From an uncultured Solirubrobacteraceae bacterium (GTDB lineage Bacteria; Actinomycetota; Thermoleophilia; Solirubrobacterales; Solirubrobacteraceae): a stretch of 64,000 bases of DNA. The notes under the pieces were generated by a model. That model did not search any database. It worked only from the letters and a program-made list of their open reading frames with translations, and was not told the DNA's origin. The first letter of the stretch is position 1. Each line of letters opens with the position of its first letter. Shown piece by piece: positions 1 through 9,806 of this stretch. A program made the translations under genes and the position numbers. The DNA lies in contig CAZPQW010000003.1 of assembly GCA_964588985.1 (NCBI GenBank), forward strand, positions 1-64,000. Reading direction: 5' to 3'.

Positions 1-50
1 CGCCGATGGTACTTGGCCCGCAAGGGCCTGGGAGAGTAGGACGCCGCCGG
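1..50 (+). rRNA. rrf: 5S rRNA, 3' portion (truncated by window edge)
   Basis: cgccgatggtact...gggagagtaggacgccgccgg matches the conserved 3' half of bacterial 5S rRNA (GCCGAUGGUA...GAGAGUAGG); followed by a T-run and hairpin. Confidence 0.9.
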
Positions 51-68
51 TTTTTTCTAGAAGCAGAC

Positions 69-92
69 ACGGGCCGCCACCAGGCGGCCCGT
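69..92 (+). terminator. Hairpin, probable rRNA operon terminator (may also serve the convergent minus ORF)
   Basis: acgggccgcc-acca-ggcggcccgt, perfect 10-bp stem. Confidence 0.6.
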
Positions 93-130
93 CGTCGTTC
101 TCGGGGGCGACGCCTGACGAGCTGACGAGG

Positions 131-445
131 CTAGTTCGAGCGCGTCTGGCGCTGAAGCTCACGGCCGCCGGCACGTGTACGCGCCCCGGCAGTGCTCGCC
201 GGGGCGGACTCGCCACCCACAGGACACAGGCAAACATGCGCCACCGGCCCAGGAGTCCCCGGCCGACGGCTGGGAAGACGCCCACGCAGCGGCGCTCGAT
301 GCGGATGGTTCGCCCCGGGCCGCTCGTCCTGATCGACCTCCCAGTCGACCGCGTAGTCGTCCTCGAGCAACAGGAACGAGCGGGTGAGGCGAAGGGCACC
401 GAGCGCGCGCTGCCCAAGCAGTGATGATCTCGCAGAAGAGAACAT
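131..445 (-). CDS. Small hypothetical protein (~104 aa), candidate SOS-regulated
   Basis: ATG at 445 lies inside a LexA-type box, downstream of -10 TATCTT; core ALRLTRSFLLLEDDYAVDWEVD looks protein-like. Confidence 0.5.
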   Translation of the reverse strand: MFSSARSSLLGQRALGALRLTRSFLLLEDDYAVDWEVDQDERPGANHPHRAPLRGRLPSRRPGTPGPVAHVCLCPVGGESAPASTAGARTRAGGRELQRQTRSN

Positions 446-498
446 GTGTTCGTAAGATAGGTTTGCCCTCGGACGGAACCGACACGAACAGACGTACG
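439..498. promoter_or_regulatory. Two LexA/SOS-type boxes plus a minus-strand -10
   Basis: aGAAC-ATGT-GTTCG at 439-452 and CGAAC-AGAC-GTACG at 485-498; Gram-positive consensus is CGAAC-N4-GTTCG. Confidence 0.65.
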
Positions 499-723
499 TA
501 TCGGTTGGGTGCGGGGAATCTGGCTCTGGAATGCGGCATCCAGGGGTGAGCGGCTGCAATGAGAGTTGCATGCGGACGAGCTTTCGCGAGGCGGGCGATC
601 CGATTCGACTCCAATGCAGGGGCCCGAGGCGCCGGCTCGAACTCCACTCGGTAGATGGCTGTTACGCTTGCCAGGCGGATCACCGACAGGCCCACAGCGG
701 GCGTGAGGCGGCGCGCACAGCTC

Positions 724-2022
724 ATGGAGAAGTTCGTCATCGAAGGCGGCGTCCCGCTGTCCGGCACGATGGTTCCCGCCGGAAACAAGAACGGGGCACT
801 TCCGATCCTCGCCTCCAGCGTCCTCACCGAGGACGAGGTGGTCGTGCGCAACGTCCCGCGCATCCGCGACGTCGAGGCGATGCTGGAGATCCTGGCCGCT
901 ATCGGAGTCGACGTCAGCTGGCGCGGCCCCAACGAGGTCGCGCTGTGCGCCGCGCACGTGCACGAGGTCGAGATCGACCGCGAGCTGGCCGAGCTGATAA
1001 GAGCCTCTTTCCTGCTCGCGGGCCCGCTGCTCGCGCGCTTCCACCGCGCGGTGATGCCGCCGCCCGGAGGCGACGTGATCGGCCGCCGCCGGCTCGACCC
1101 GCACCTCGACGCGTTCCGCGCGATGGGCGCCGTGGTCGAGTGCGGGACGGAGATCGTGCTCGACGCGCCACGCGGACTGCGCCCGACCGACGTGTTCATG
1201 GACGAGCCGTCGGTGATGGCCACCGAGAACGCGCTGATGGCGGCCGCGCTCACGCCCGGCACCACCGTGATCGGCAACGCCGCGTGCGAGCCGCACGTGC
1301 AGGACCTCGCGCGCATGCTCGTGAAGATGGGCGCCGACATCCAGGGCATCGGCTCGAACCTGATCACCGTCAACGGCGCGGAGCGCCTGCACGGCTGCGA
1401 GCACGACGTCGCACCCGACCACATCGAGATCGGCAGCTTCATGGCGCTCGCGGGCGTCACCGGCGGCGAGCTGCGCATCAAGGACACCGTCCCCGGCGAC
1501 CTGCGCATGATCCGCCTCGTGTTCGAACGCGTGGGCCTGCGATCCGAACTGGACGGCAACGACGTGATCGTGCCCGGCGGGCAGAAGCTCGTCGCGCAGG
1601 CCGACGTGGGGGAGTACAAGAGCAAGATCCAGGATGGCCCCTGGCCCGCGTTTCCCGCTGACCTCACCTCGATCGCCGTGGCGCTCGCCACACAGGCGGA
1701 GGGGTCGATCCTCGTGCACGAGTGGATGTTCGAGAACCGCCTGATCTTCACCGACAAGCTGATCCTGATGGGCGCCGACATCGTCATGTGCGACCCGCAC
1801 CGCGCGATCGTCACCGGCCCGCGCACGCTGCGCGGCGAGCGCGTCGAGTCGCCCGACATTCGCGCCGGTATGGCGATGCTCCTGGCGGCGCTCTGCGCGG
1901 AGGGACGCTCCGAGATCGGCAACATCCGTCAGATCGACCGTGGCTATGAGCGCATCGACGAGCGGCTGCGCGAGCTCGGCGCGCGCATCGAGCGCGTGGC
2001 CACGGAGCCCGTTCCCGCGTAA
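724..2022 (+). CDS. murA: UDP-N-acetylglucosamine 1-carboxyvinyltransferase (alternative start 655)
   Basis: MEKFVIEGG..LSG, GNKNGALP, RASFLLAGPLLAR, SVMATEN, PAFPADL, DIRAG, IDRGYE. Confidence 0.96.
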   Translation: MEKFVIEGGVPLSGTMVPAGNKNGALPILASSVLTEDEVVVRNVPRIRDVEAMLEILAAIGVDVSWRGPNEVALCAAHVHEVEIDRELAELIRASFLLAGPLLARFHRAVMPPPGGDVIGRRRLDPHLDAFRAMGAVVECGTEIVLDAPRGLRPTDVFMDEPSVMATENALMAAALTPGTTVIGNAACEPHVQDLARMLVKMGADIQGIGSNLITVNGAERLHGCEHDVAPDHIEIGSFMALAGVTGGELRIKDTVPGDLRMIRLVFERVGLRSELDGNDVIVPGGQKLVAQADVGEYKSKIQDGPWPAFPADLTSIAVALATQAEGSILVHEWMFENRLIFTDKLILMGADIVMCDPHRAIVTGPRTLRGERVESPDIRAGMAMLLAALCAEGRSEIGNIRQIDRGYERIDERLRELGARIERVATEPVPA

Positions 2023-2034
2023 TCTCGGGTCGGC

Positions 2035-3063
2035 ATGATCCACCCGATCCCCAGCGGCACCCGCGACGTGCTGCCCGACGAGACGCGCGAGGTGCGCGCG
2101 ATCACCGACACCCTGCGGCGCGTGTTCGAGCGCCACGGCTACGGCGAGGTATACACGCCCGCGCTCGAGTACGAGTCGGTGCTCGCCCGCGCAGACATGG
2201 CCGAAGCCCAGCCCGCGTACCGCGTGTTCGACGAGTCCGGCGCGGTGCTCGCGCTGCGCTCCGACATGACCGTGCCGATCGCGCGCGTCGTCGCCACGCG
2301 CTACGCCACCAGCGAGCCGCCGCTGCGCTTCTGCTACTTCGCCCACTGCTACCGCGGCGTGCGCCCGCAGCGCGGGCAGCCGCGCGAGATGCTGCAGGCG
2401 GGCATCGAGTTGATCGGCTCGCCCGCGCCGCAGGGGACAGCTGAGGCGCTCACCGTCCTCTGCCACGCGCTCGACGCCACCGGCCTGAAGGACTACCGCA
2501 TCGGCCTCGGCGACGCGTCGCTGTTCCCCGCGCTGATGGCCAGCCTGCGCGTCCCCGAGGGCATCCGCCCGGGTCTGCTGGAAACGCTCGTGCTGCGCGA
2601 TTTCGTCGCCCTGCAAGAGATGCTCGCCGACGCCGGCCTCACCGGCGAGGCCACCGAGCTGCTGCTCGGTGTTCCACAGCGCCGTGGAGGACCCGAGGTG
2701 CTCTCCGACGCCCCCGGCCCCGCCGAGGAGGCCGTCACGGGCCTGCGACGCGTACACGAGCTGCTCGAGCCCGCGGTGGCGGAGCGCGTGATCTTCGACC
2801 TCGGCCTGGTGCGCAACATTGGCTACTACACCGGTGCGGTGTTCGACGTCTACGACCCCGCGCTCGGCACGCCGATCGGCGGCGGCGGGCGCTACGACGA
2901 GCTGCTCGGGCGCTTCGGGCGCGGCCTGCCCGCCGTCGGGTTCGCACTCGGCGTCGACCGCCTGCACATCGCGCTCGCCGGCGAGGAGCGCGGCACGGGG
3001 GCGCTGCTGGCCGGGACCGGGAGCGAGAAGAGCGGCGCCCACGAGACGGGGGCGGGCGCGTGA
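2035..3063 (+). CDS. hisZ: ATP phosphoribosyltransferase regulatory subunit
   Basis: PSGTRD, LRSDMTVPIAR, QAGIELIG, YYTG, GGGRYD; precedes short hisG. Confidence 0.93.
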   Translation: MIHPIPSGTRDVLPDETREVRAITDTLRRVFERHGYGEVYTPALEYESVLARADMAEAQPAYRVFDESGAVLALRSDMTVPIARVVATRYATSEPPLRFCYFAHCYRGVRPQRGQPREMLQAGIELIGSPAPQGTAEALTVLCHALDATGLKDYRIGLGDASLFPALMASLRVPEGIRPGLLETLVLRDFVALQEMLADAGLTGEATELLLGVPQRRGGPEVLSDAPGPAEEAVTGLRRVHELLEPAVAERVIFDLGLVRNIGYYTGAVFDVYDPALGTPIGGGGRYDELLGRFGRGLPAVGFALGVDRLHIALAGEERGTGALLAGTGSEKSGAHETGAGA

Positions 3064-3731
3064 GCTCGCTCAACGGCCTCACGATCGCGGTTCCCCGCGG
3101 CGCGCTCTTCAAGGGCACCGTCGACCTGCTCGAGGGGCTCGGCATGGACACACAGGAGCTGCGCGCAAACGACCGCAAGCTGCTGTTCGAGGACATCGAC
3201 GTGATCACCATGCGCCCCTCCGACGTGCCCACGTACGTCGAGGCGGGTGCCGCGGACATCGGCGTGACGGGTAAGGACGTGCTGCTCGAGGGCGCCGCGC
3301 GACCGGGGCAACATGGCCGCGCGGTGTATGAGCTGTTCGACCTCGGCTATGGGCGCTGCACGATGGTGCTCGCCAGCGAGGCGGGGCCCGACCCCGCGGT
3401 GGAGGCGCTCAGGCGCCTTGGCGTGATGCGCGTCGCGACCAAGTACCCGCGGATCGCCGCGCGCCACCTCGAGGAGACCGGTCGTCAGGCGGAGATCGTG
3501 GAGGTGAAGGGCTCGGTGGAGCTCGCGCCATTGACGAAAATGGTCGAGGCGATCGTCGACCTCACCGCCACCGGCACCACGCTGCGTGAGAACAACCTCG
3601 TCGTGCGCGAGGAGATCCTCGTGTGCACCGCGCGTCTGATCGCGAACCCCGTGTCGCACAAGCTGAAGGCCGCCGCGATCGACGACCTGCTCGAGCAGCT
3701 CCGCAGCGCGCCGGCCCTCGGCGGAGGCTGA
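3060..3731 (+). CDS. hisG: ATP phosphoribosyltransferase, short form
   Basis: RPSDVPTYVE, ADIGVTGKD, VATKYP, GSVELAP, IVDLTATGTTLREN. Confidence 0.96.
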   Translation: MSSLNGLTIAVPRGALFKGTVDLLEGLGMDTQELRANDRKLLFEDIDVITMRPSDVPTYVEAGAADIGVTGKDVLLEGAARPGQHGRAVYELFDLGYGRCTMVLASEAGPDPAVEALRRLGVMRVATKYPRIAARHLEETGRQAEIVEVKGSVELAPLTKMVEAIVDLTATGTTLRENNLVVREEILVCTARLIANPVSHKLKAAAIDDLLEQLRSAPALGGG

Positions 3732-3732
3732 C

Positions 3733-5043
3733 GTGCGGATCGAGCGCGTCGACGCACAGCAGCTCGAGCGCCTCGGCGGAGCCGCCGCCGCGGCCGAGCA
3801 CGTGCGCTCGCTCATACCCACCGGCGGCTCGGTCGCCGACGCGGTGGGCGCGATCGTGGAGTCGGTTCGTGTGGACGGCGATGCGGCGGTGCTGCGCCAC
3901 ACGAGCGCCTTCGACCTCTCAGGCGGCGAGCCGAGGCCGCTGCGCGTATCCCCGGAGGAGCTCGACGAGGCGATCACGCAGCTGCCACTCGACCTCGTCG
4001 CGGGCCTGCAGGTGGCGATCGCGAACGTCGCGCTCGTCGCCGAGGCCGGGGTCAACCACGATCGCTCCGTGGATCTGCCCCAGGGCCACACGGTGCTGCT
4101 GCGCGAGGTGCCCGTCGGCTCCGCCGCGGTCTACGTTCCCGGCGGGCGCGCGGCGTATCCGAGCACGGTCGTGATGGGCGTCGTCACGGCGCGCGCGGCG
4201 GGCGTGATCGACGTGGCGGTGTGCGCGCCGCCGGGACCCGACGGGCAGATCGACCCGGTGATCCTCGGCACGTGCCGTCTGTGCGGCGTCGAACGCGTCT
4301 ACCGCATGGGCGGCGCGCAGGCGATCGCCGCGCTCGCCCACGGCACCGACACGGTGGAGCGCGTCGACGTGATCGTCGGGCCGGGCAACCTCTACGTGCA
4401 GGAGGCCAAGCACCAGCTCTCCTCGATCGTGGGGATCGACGGCTTCGCCGGCCCGAGCGACCTGCTCGTCGCGCTCGGCGCCGAGGTGGGCGAGCGCGAG
4501 ATCGAGCTCGCGGCGCTTGACATGCTCGCGCAGGGCGAGCACGGCGAGGGCAGCCTCGTCGTGGCGGTCTCGCCCGCCGCGTCCGTGTGCGACGCGCTTG
4601 CCGTGACCCTGGAGCGGCTCGTGGTGGAGCGCCCCACGGTCGGCGACGCGGCGTTCGCGATCGTGGAGGTGTCGAGCGCGCGCGAGGCGATCGCGCTGGC
4701 GAACGCGTTCGCGCCCGAGCACCTGCAGCTGATCGGCTCGGAGATCGAGACACTCGCCCAGATCGTGCGCTCGGCCGGCTGCGTGTTCGTGGGCTCCGAC
4801 AGCGCGACCGCGTTCGGCGACTACGTCGCGGGCTCCAACCACGTGCTGCCCACAGCGGGCGCCGCGCGCTTCGCCTCGACGCTCTCCGCGCGCCACTTCC
4901 GCCGCACGATGTCCGAGGTCCGCGTCACCCCCGACGCGGCCGTGAAGCTCGCCGCGGCGGGCGCGCCGGTGGCGCGCGCGGAGGGCTTCGACGTGCACGC
5001 GGAGTCGATGACGGCGCGAGTGCGCGAGAATCCATCCTCATGA
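3733..5043 (+). CDS. hisD: Histidinol dehydrogenase
   Basis: YVPGGRAAYPS, GGAQAIAALA, GPGNLYV, AGPSD, APEHL, GDYVAGSNHVLPT. Confidence 0.96.
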   Translation: MRIERVDAQQLERLGGAAAAAEHVRSLIPTGGSVADAVGAIVESVRVDGDAAVLRHTSAFDLSGGEPRPLRVSPEELDEAITQLPLDLVAGLQVAIANVALVAEAGVNHDRSVDLPQGHTVLLREVPVGSAAVYVPGGRAAYPSTVVMGVVTARAAGVIDVAVCAPPGPDGQIDPVILGTCRLCGVERVYRMGGAQAIAALAHGTDTVERVDVIVGPGNLYVQEAKHQLSSIVGIDGFAGPSDLLVALGAEVGEREIELAALDMLAQGEHGEGSLVVAVSPAASVCDALAVTLERLVVERPTVGDAAFAIVEVSSAREAIALANAFAPEHLQLIGSEIETLAQIVRSAGCVFVGSDSATAFGDYVAGSNHVLPTAGAARFASTLSARHFRRTMSEVRVTPDAAVKLAAAGAPVARAEGFDVHAESMTARVRENPSS

Positions 5044-5633
5044 GCCGAACATCGACCATCGAGCGCAAGACCGGCGAGACCGACGTGCGCCTCACGCTCG
5101 ACCTCGACGGGGTCGGCCAGGGCACCCGCACGACCGGCGTGGGCTTCCTCGACCACATGCTCGACCTGCTCGCCCGCCACGGCCACCTCGACCTGGGCGT
5201 GAGCGTGACCGGCGACCTGCAGACGGGCGCGCACCACACCGCGGAGGACACCGCGATCGTGCTCGGCCAGGCGATCGACAGGGCGCTCGGCGATCGCGCG
5301 GGCATCGCGCGTTACGGCTCGGCGACCGTGCCGATGGACGAGGCGCGCGCGAGCTGCTCGATCGACATCTCCGGCCGCCCGTTCACGCTGTTCGAGGCGG
5401 AGCTCCCGCCCGGCGCGACCGGCGGCTTCGAGCACGAGCTGACGGAGGAGTTCTTCCGCGCGCTCGCCAACGCGGCCAAGCTCACGCTGCACCTGCGCGT
5501 GGAAACGGGCAGCAACGCCCACCACATGATCGAGGCGGCATTCAAGGCATTCGCGCGCGCGCTGCGCCAGGCGGTGGCGATCGACCCGAGCGAGACGGGC
5601 GTGCCGAGCACCAAGGGCACGCTCACCGCATGA
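5040..5633 (+). CDS. hisB: Imidazoleglycerol-phosphate dehydratase
   Basis: RKTGETD, GFLDHML, HHTAED, PMDEA, NAHHMIEAAFKA, PSTKG. Confidence 0.96.
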   Translation: MSRTSTIERKTGETDVRLTLDLDGVGQGTRTTGVGFLDHMLDLLARHGHLDLGVSVTGDLQTGAHHTAEDTAIVLGQAIDRALGDRAGIARYGSATVPMDEARASCSIDISGRPFTLFEAELPPGATGGFEHELTEEFFRALANAAKLTLHLRVETGSNAHHMIEAAFKAFARALRQAVAIDPSETGVPSTKGTLTA

Positions 5634-6295
5634 GCACGCTCGTGGAGGAGCCGGTGGAGATAGCGATCGTCGACTACGGCATGGGCAACCGCCGCTCGGT
5701 GGAGAAGGCGCTCGAGCACGTGGGCGCACGCGTGAACGTCACCCGCGACCACGACGAGCTGCGCGCCGCCGCGGGGCTGGTCGTGCCCGGGGTGGGAGCG
5801 TTCCCGCGAGCGATGGAGAACCTGCGCAACCAGGGCCTCGACGAGTTGATCCGCGAGCGCGTGCACGCGGGCACACCCGTGCTGGGCATCTGCCTGGGGA
5901 TGCAGCTGGCGTTCGACTCCTCCACGGAGCTCGGCGGCGCGGCCGGCCTCGGCATCGTCCCCGGCGAGGTTCGTGCGCTGGCGCCCGGCGCCCTGAAGCT
6001 GCCGCACATCGGCTGGAACGAGGTGCGCTTCACGAAGCCCGACTCGCCGCTCGTGGCGGACCTCCCCGAGAGCTGCGCCTTCTACCACGTGCACACGTTC
6101 GCCGCCGCGCCCGCCGATGAGCGTGACGTTCTTGGCGTGGCGGAGTACGGGCAGCCGTTCGTCAGCGCGGTCGAGCACGGCTCCTTCTACGGCGTGCAGT
6201 TCCACCCCGAGAAGTCCTCCGCGGCGGGGCTGCGCCTGCTCGCGAACTTCGCGCGCATCTGCATCCGCGCCGCGGCGCCCCTCGCGACGACGTGA
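5630..6295 (+). CDS. hisH: Imidazole glycerol phosphate synthase, glutaminase subunit
   Basis: DYGMGN, PGVGAF, GICLGMQ, PHIGWN, QFHPEKS. Confidence 0.96.
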   Translation: MSTLVEEPVEIAIVDYGMGNRRSVEKALEHVGARVNVTRDHDELRAAAGLVVPGVGAFPRAMENLRNQGLDELIRERVHAGTPVLGICLGMQLAFDSSTELGGAAGLGIVPGEVRALAPGALKLPHIGWNEVRFTKPDSPLVADLPESCAFYHVHTFAAAPADERDVLGVAEYGQPFVSAVEHGSFYGVQFHPEKSSAAGLRLLANFARICIRAAAPLATT

Positions 6296-7020
6296 AGCTC
6301 TACCCGGCGATAGACATCCTCGGCGGCAACGCCGTGCGACTCGTGAAGGGCGACTTCGACGCGAAGAAGGTCTACGACGAGGATCCCCTGTCGGCCGCGC
6401 GCGGCTGGGTGGAGGCGGGTGCGCGCGAGCTGCACGTGGTCGACCTGGACGGCGCGAAGAACGGCGCGCCCGTCAATCTCGAGCACCTGAAACGGATTTC
6501 TGATGAGTTGGATGTCCCGGTGCAGTACGGGGGCGGACTGCGCTCTGGCGAGGCGGTCGACGACGCGCTCGCCGCGGGTGCCGCGCGCGTGATCCTCGGC
6601 ACCGCGGCGTTCAAGGACCCCGAGCTTTTGCGACGCGCACTGGACACACATGGGCCCGAGCGCGTGCTCGTGTCGGTCGACGTGCGCGGCGGGCGGGTGT
6701 CGACGGCGGGTTGGACCGAGACGACCGAGCCGAGCACCGCCGCGGTGCTCGAGCGCCTGTACGAGAGCGGCGTGCGTCGGCTGGTCTACACGAACGTGGA
6801 TCGTGACGGGATGCTCGAAGGCCCGGACGTGGAGGAAGTGCGCGAGGTGGTGAGCTCGACGAGCGCCACCGTCGTCTACTCGGGCGGTATCGGCCAGCTG
6901 GCGGATCTGGAAGCGCTGGCGGGGCTCGCGGCGCCGAACCTCACGGGCGTGATCGTGGGCAAGGCGCTCTACGAGGGTCGCTTCACCGTCGCGCGGGCGC
7001 TTGCCGTTCTGGACGACTGA
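6292..7020 (+). CDS. hisA: ProFAR isomerase
   Basis: PAIDI..G.AVRL..G, HVVDLDGA, QYGGGLR, RDGML.GP, IVGKALYEG. Confidence 0.95.
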   Translation: MKLYPAIDILGGNAVRLVKGDFDAKKVYDEDPLSAARGWVEAGARELHVVDLDGAKNGAPVNLEHLKRISDELDVPVQYGGGLRSGEAVDDALAAGAARVILGTAAFKDPELLRRALDTHGPERVLVSVDVRGGRVSTAGWTETTEPSTAAVLERLYESGVRRLVYTNVDRDGMLEGPDVEEVREVVSSTSATVVYSGGIGQLADLEALAGLAAPNLTGVIVGKALYEGRFTVARALAVLDD

Positions 7021-7068
7021 TCGACTGCTCACCACCCGCACACCCGGCTCGTCGCTACGGTTAGAGAC

Positions 7069-7848
7069 GTGCACTACAAGCGCGTGATCCCCTGCCTGGA
7101 CGTGGACGCCGGTCGTGTTGTGAAGGGTGTGGAATTTCTCGACATCCGGGATGCGGGCGACCCGGTGGAGCTGGCAGCTCACTACGATCGCGAGGGCGCC
7201 GACGAGCTGGTGTTCCTCGACATCACCGCCACGCACGAGAAGCGCGACACGATCGCGAAGCTCGCGCGCCACACCGTGGACGAGGTGTTCGTGCCGTTCA
7301 CGATCGGCGGCGGCATCCGCTCGGTCGCCGACGCGCAGGCGGTGCTCGACGCGGGCGCGGACAAGGTCTCGATCAACTCCGCCGCGCTGCAGCGCCCCGA
7401 GCTGCTGGACGAGCTCGCGGCCGTGTTCGGCGCGCAGTGCGTGGTGCTCGCGATCGACGCGAAGGCTCGCGCGGCCTCCGAGCACCCGGGAGAGCAGGCG
7501 GGCTGGGAGGCGTATCTCGCTGGCGGGCGCACCCCCACGGGCCGCGACGTGGTCGGGTGGGCGCGCGAGGCGGTCGAGCGCGGGGCGGGGGAGATCCTGT
7601 TGACGAGCATGGATCGCGACGGGACCAACGAGGGTTATGACCTGCCGCTCACCGCGGCGGTCAGCCATGCGGTCGGCGTCCCGGTGATCGCCTCCGGCGG
7701 CGCGGGCGAGCTGGAGCACCTCGTGGAGGCGCTCGCCGCCGGCGCGGACGCGGTCCTGTGCGCGTCGATCTTCCACTACGGCCGGCACACCGTGGCCGAG
7801 GCCAAGGCGCACCTCGCGGCGGCGGGGATACCCGTACGCGAGGTGTAG
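7069..7848 (+). CDS. hisF: Imidazole glycerol phosphate synthase, cyclase subunit
   Basis: [48 protein letters not shown]. Confidence 0.97.
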   Translation: MHYKRVIPCLDVDAGRVVKGVEFLDIRDAGDPVELAAHYDREGADELVFLDITATHEKRDTIAKLARHTVDEVFVPFTIGGGIRSVADAQAVLDAGADKVSINSAALQRPELLDELAAVFGAQCVVLAIDAKARAASEHPGEQAGWEAYLAGGRTPTGRDVVGWAREAVERGAGEILLTSMDRDGTNEGYDLPLTAAVSHAVGVPVIASGGAGELEHLVEALAAGADAVLCASIFHYGRHTVAEAKAHLAAAGIPVREV

Positions 7849-7860
7849 GCGGTCGATTCG

Positions 7861-9123
7861 ATGGCGAGCGGCGCACAATTGCTCGACGCGCTGCGCGTCC
7901 ATCCGGGCGGGAGTGAGCTGCTGGCTCTCGCGCACACCGGGGAGACGGACGTGGCGCTCGTGGGCGGCGCGGTGCGCGACATGTTGCTCGGCCGCTCGCC
8001 GCGTGAGCTCGATGTGGTCGTGGGCGAGGGAGCGGCGCCACTGGCCGAGAGGCTTGCCGAGAGCGTCGGGGCCGCCGGCGCTGCGGATCCGCGCGTGACG
8101 GTGCACGAGCGTTTCGGAACCGCGATGGTGGAGTGGGACGCGGGCCGTGTGGACGTCGCGGAGCGACGCGCCGAGTCCTATCCGGTGCCGGGAGCCCTGC
8201 CCGAGGTCCGTCGGGGAAGCGTGGAGGAGGATCTCGAGCGCCGTGACTTCACCGTCAACGCGATCTTGCTGCCACTAGGCGGCTCGATGGTGGGGGAGCT
8301 CGTGTCCGCTGAGCACGCGCTCGAGGACCTCGTCGCGGGACGGCTGCGCGTGCTGCACGATCGTAGCTTCGTCGACGATCCCACCCGCCTGCTGCGCCTG
8401 GCCCGCTACAGCGCGCGCCTCGGGTTCGAGATCGAGCCGCACACCGCCGAGCTCGCCGCGCAGGCGCTCGCAGCGGGGGCGCTCGCGAGCGTCTCGCTGG
8501 CTCGTGTGGGCGCCGAGCTGCGCCTCGCCCTCGGCGAAGCCGACCCGGTGGCCGCGTTCGCCGCTCTCGACCAGCTCGGCGTGTTCACGGCGCTGGAGCC
8601 GCGACTGCGCTTCGACCACGACCTCGCGCGCGCCGCGCTCGATCTGCTGCCCGAGGACGGACGTTCGGATTTGCTGCTGCTCGCTTCGCTGCTGCTGCCC
8701 ATCGCGGTCGACCCGAGCGAAGATCCCGAGCCGGTGATGTTCGAGCTCCTCGACGGGTGGGAGCTCACCGTGGCCGAGCGCCAGCGCGTGATGCGCACGG
8801 CGCTGGTCGCGCCGTCGCTCGACACCGAGATGGAGCTGGCGGACATGCCCTCCGAGCTGTATGACGCGCTGTTCGCCCACACGATCGAGGCGGTGGCTCT
8901 CGGCGGGGCGCTCGGCAACGCTGCCTCCGCGGCGCGCGAGTGGATCGAGACGCTGCGCCACGTCGAGCTGCAGATCACCGGAGCGGACCTGCTCGCCGCC
9001 GGCATCCCCACGGGTCCGGAGATCGGGCGACGCCTCGGGGCGGTGCTCGGGCGCAAGCTCGACGGCGAACTGGAGGACGGGCACGACGCGGAGCTGCGAG
9101 CGGCGATCGAGGAGGGCGGGTGA
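7861..9123 (+). CDS. Class II tRNA nucleotidyltransferase (CCA- or A-adding) / poly(A) polymerase family
   Basis: VGGAVRD, ELDVV, RFGT, EDL.RRDFTVNA, SF.DDPTR.LR, GPEIG. Confidence 0.88.
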   Translation: MASGAQLLDALRVHPGGSELLALAHTGETDVALVGGAVRDMLLGRSPRELDVVVGEGAAPLAERLAESVGAAGAADPRVTVHERFGTAMVEWDAGRVDVAERRAESYPVPGALPEVRRGSVEEDLERRDFTVNAILLPLGGSMVGELVSAEHALEDLVAGRLRVLHDRSFVDDPTRLLRLARYSARLGFEIEPHTAELAAQALAAGALASVSLARVGAELRLALGEADPVAAFAALDQLGVFTALEPRLRFDHDLARAALDLLPEDGRSDLLLLASLLLPIAVDPSEDPEPVMFELLDGWELTVAERQRVMRTALVAPSLDTEMELADMPSELYDALFAHTIEAVALGGALGNAASAAREWIETLRHVELQITGADLLAAGIPTGPEIGRRLGAVLGRKLDGELEDGHDAELRAAIEEGG

Positions 9124-9806
9124 GCTCGAGCGAGCTTCGACGGGAGCTCCCGGGCGCAGGGCACGCGCTGTTCACCGACCGCTCTCACGGCAACCTGTCG
9201 AGCGTCGGCGGGGACGGCGCCGAGCACGGCGAGCAGGCTCGTGAGGATCTGCGCGAGCTGCTCGGGCTCAGGCGTCTGGCGCGGGGGTTTCAGGTCCACG
9301 GCATCGCGGTTCGGCGCATCGACGACGAGAGCGAGGGCGATCCTGACACCACCGCGCGCGTGGAGGCAGACGGACAGGCGACGACGCTCGCCGGTGTCGG
9401 GGCGATGGTGTTGGGCGCCGACTGCCTGCCGGTCGCACTCGGCTGCAGCGGTGCGGTCGGGATGGTCCACGCGGGCTGGCGGGGCCTTGCCGCGGGTGTC
9501 CTGGAGGAGGGTGTACGGGCGGTGGGCGAGCTCGGCCATGGCGAGGAGATCGTGGCGATCGTGGGTCCCTGCGCGGGCGTGTGCTGCTACGAGGTGGGGT
9601 CCGAGGTGCACGACGCGTTCGCGGGCGCCCACCGCGAAGGCGCTCGCATCGACCTGCGCGCAATCGCGCACGAGCGGCTGCTCGCCGCAGGTGTCATCGA
9701 GGTGCGCGACGTGCTCGCGTGCACGATCTGCGACGAGCGGTTCTTCTCCCACCGCCGCGAAGGCGAGCGCGCCGGCAGGCAGGCGGGGGTCGCATGGTTG
9801 AGCTGA
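9120..9806 (+). CDS. pgeF: PgeF/YfiH/YlmD family protein
   Basis: FTDR..GNL, QVHG, ADG, ADCLPV, HAGWRG, CCYEVG, FFSHRR; GTG overlaps upstream stop. Confidence 0.9.
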   Translation: MSSSELRRELPGAGHALFTDRSHGNLSSVGGDGAEHGEQAREDLRELLGLRRLARGFQVHGIAVRRIDDESEGDPDTTARVEADGQATTLAGVGAMVLGADCLPVALGCSGAVGMVHAGWRGLAAGVLEEGVRAVGELGHGEEIVAIVGPCAGVCCYEVGSEVHDAFAGAHREGARIDLRAIAHERLLAAGVIEVRDVLACTICDERFFSHRREGERAGRQAGVAWLS

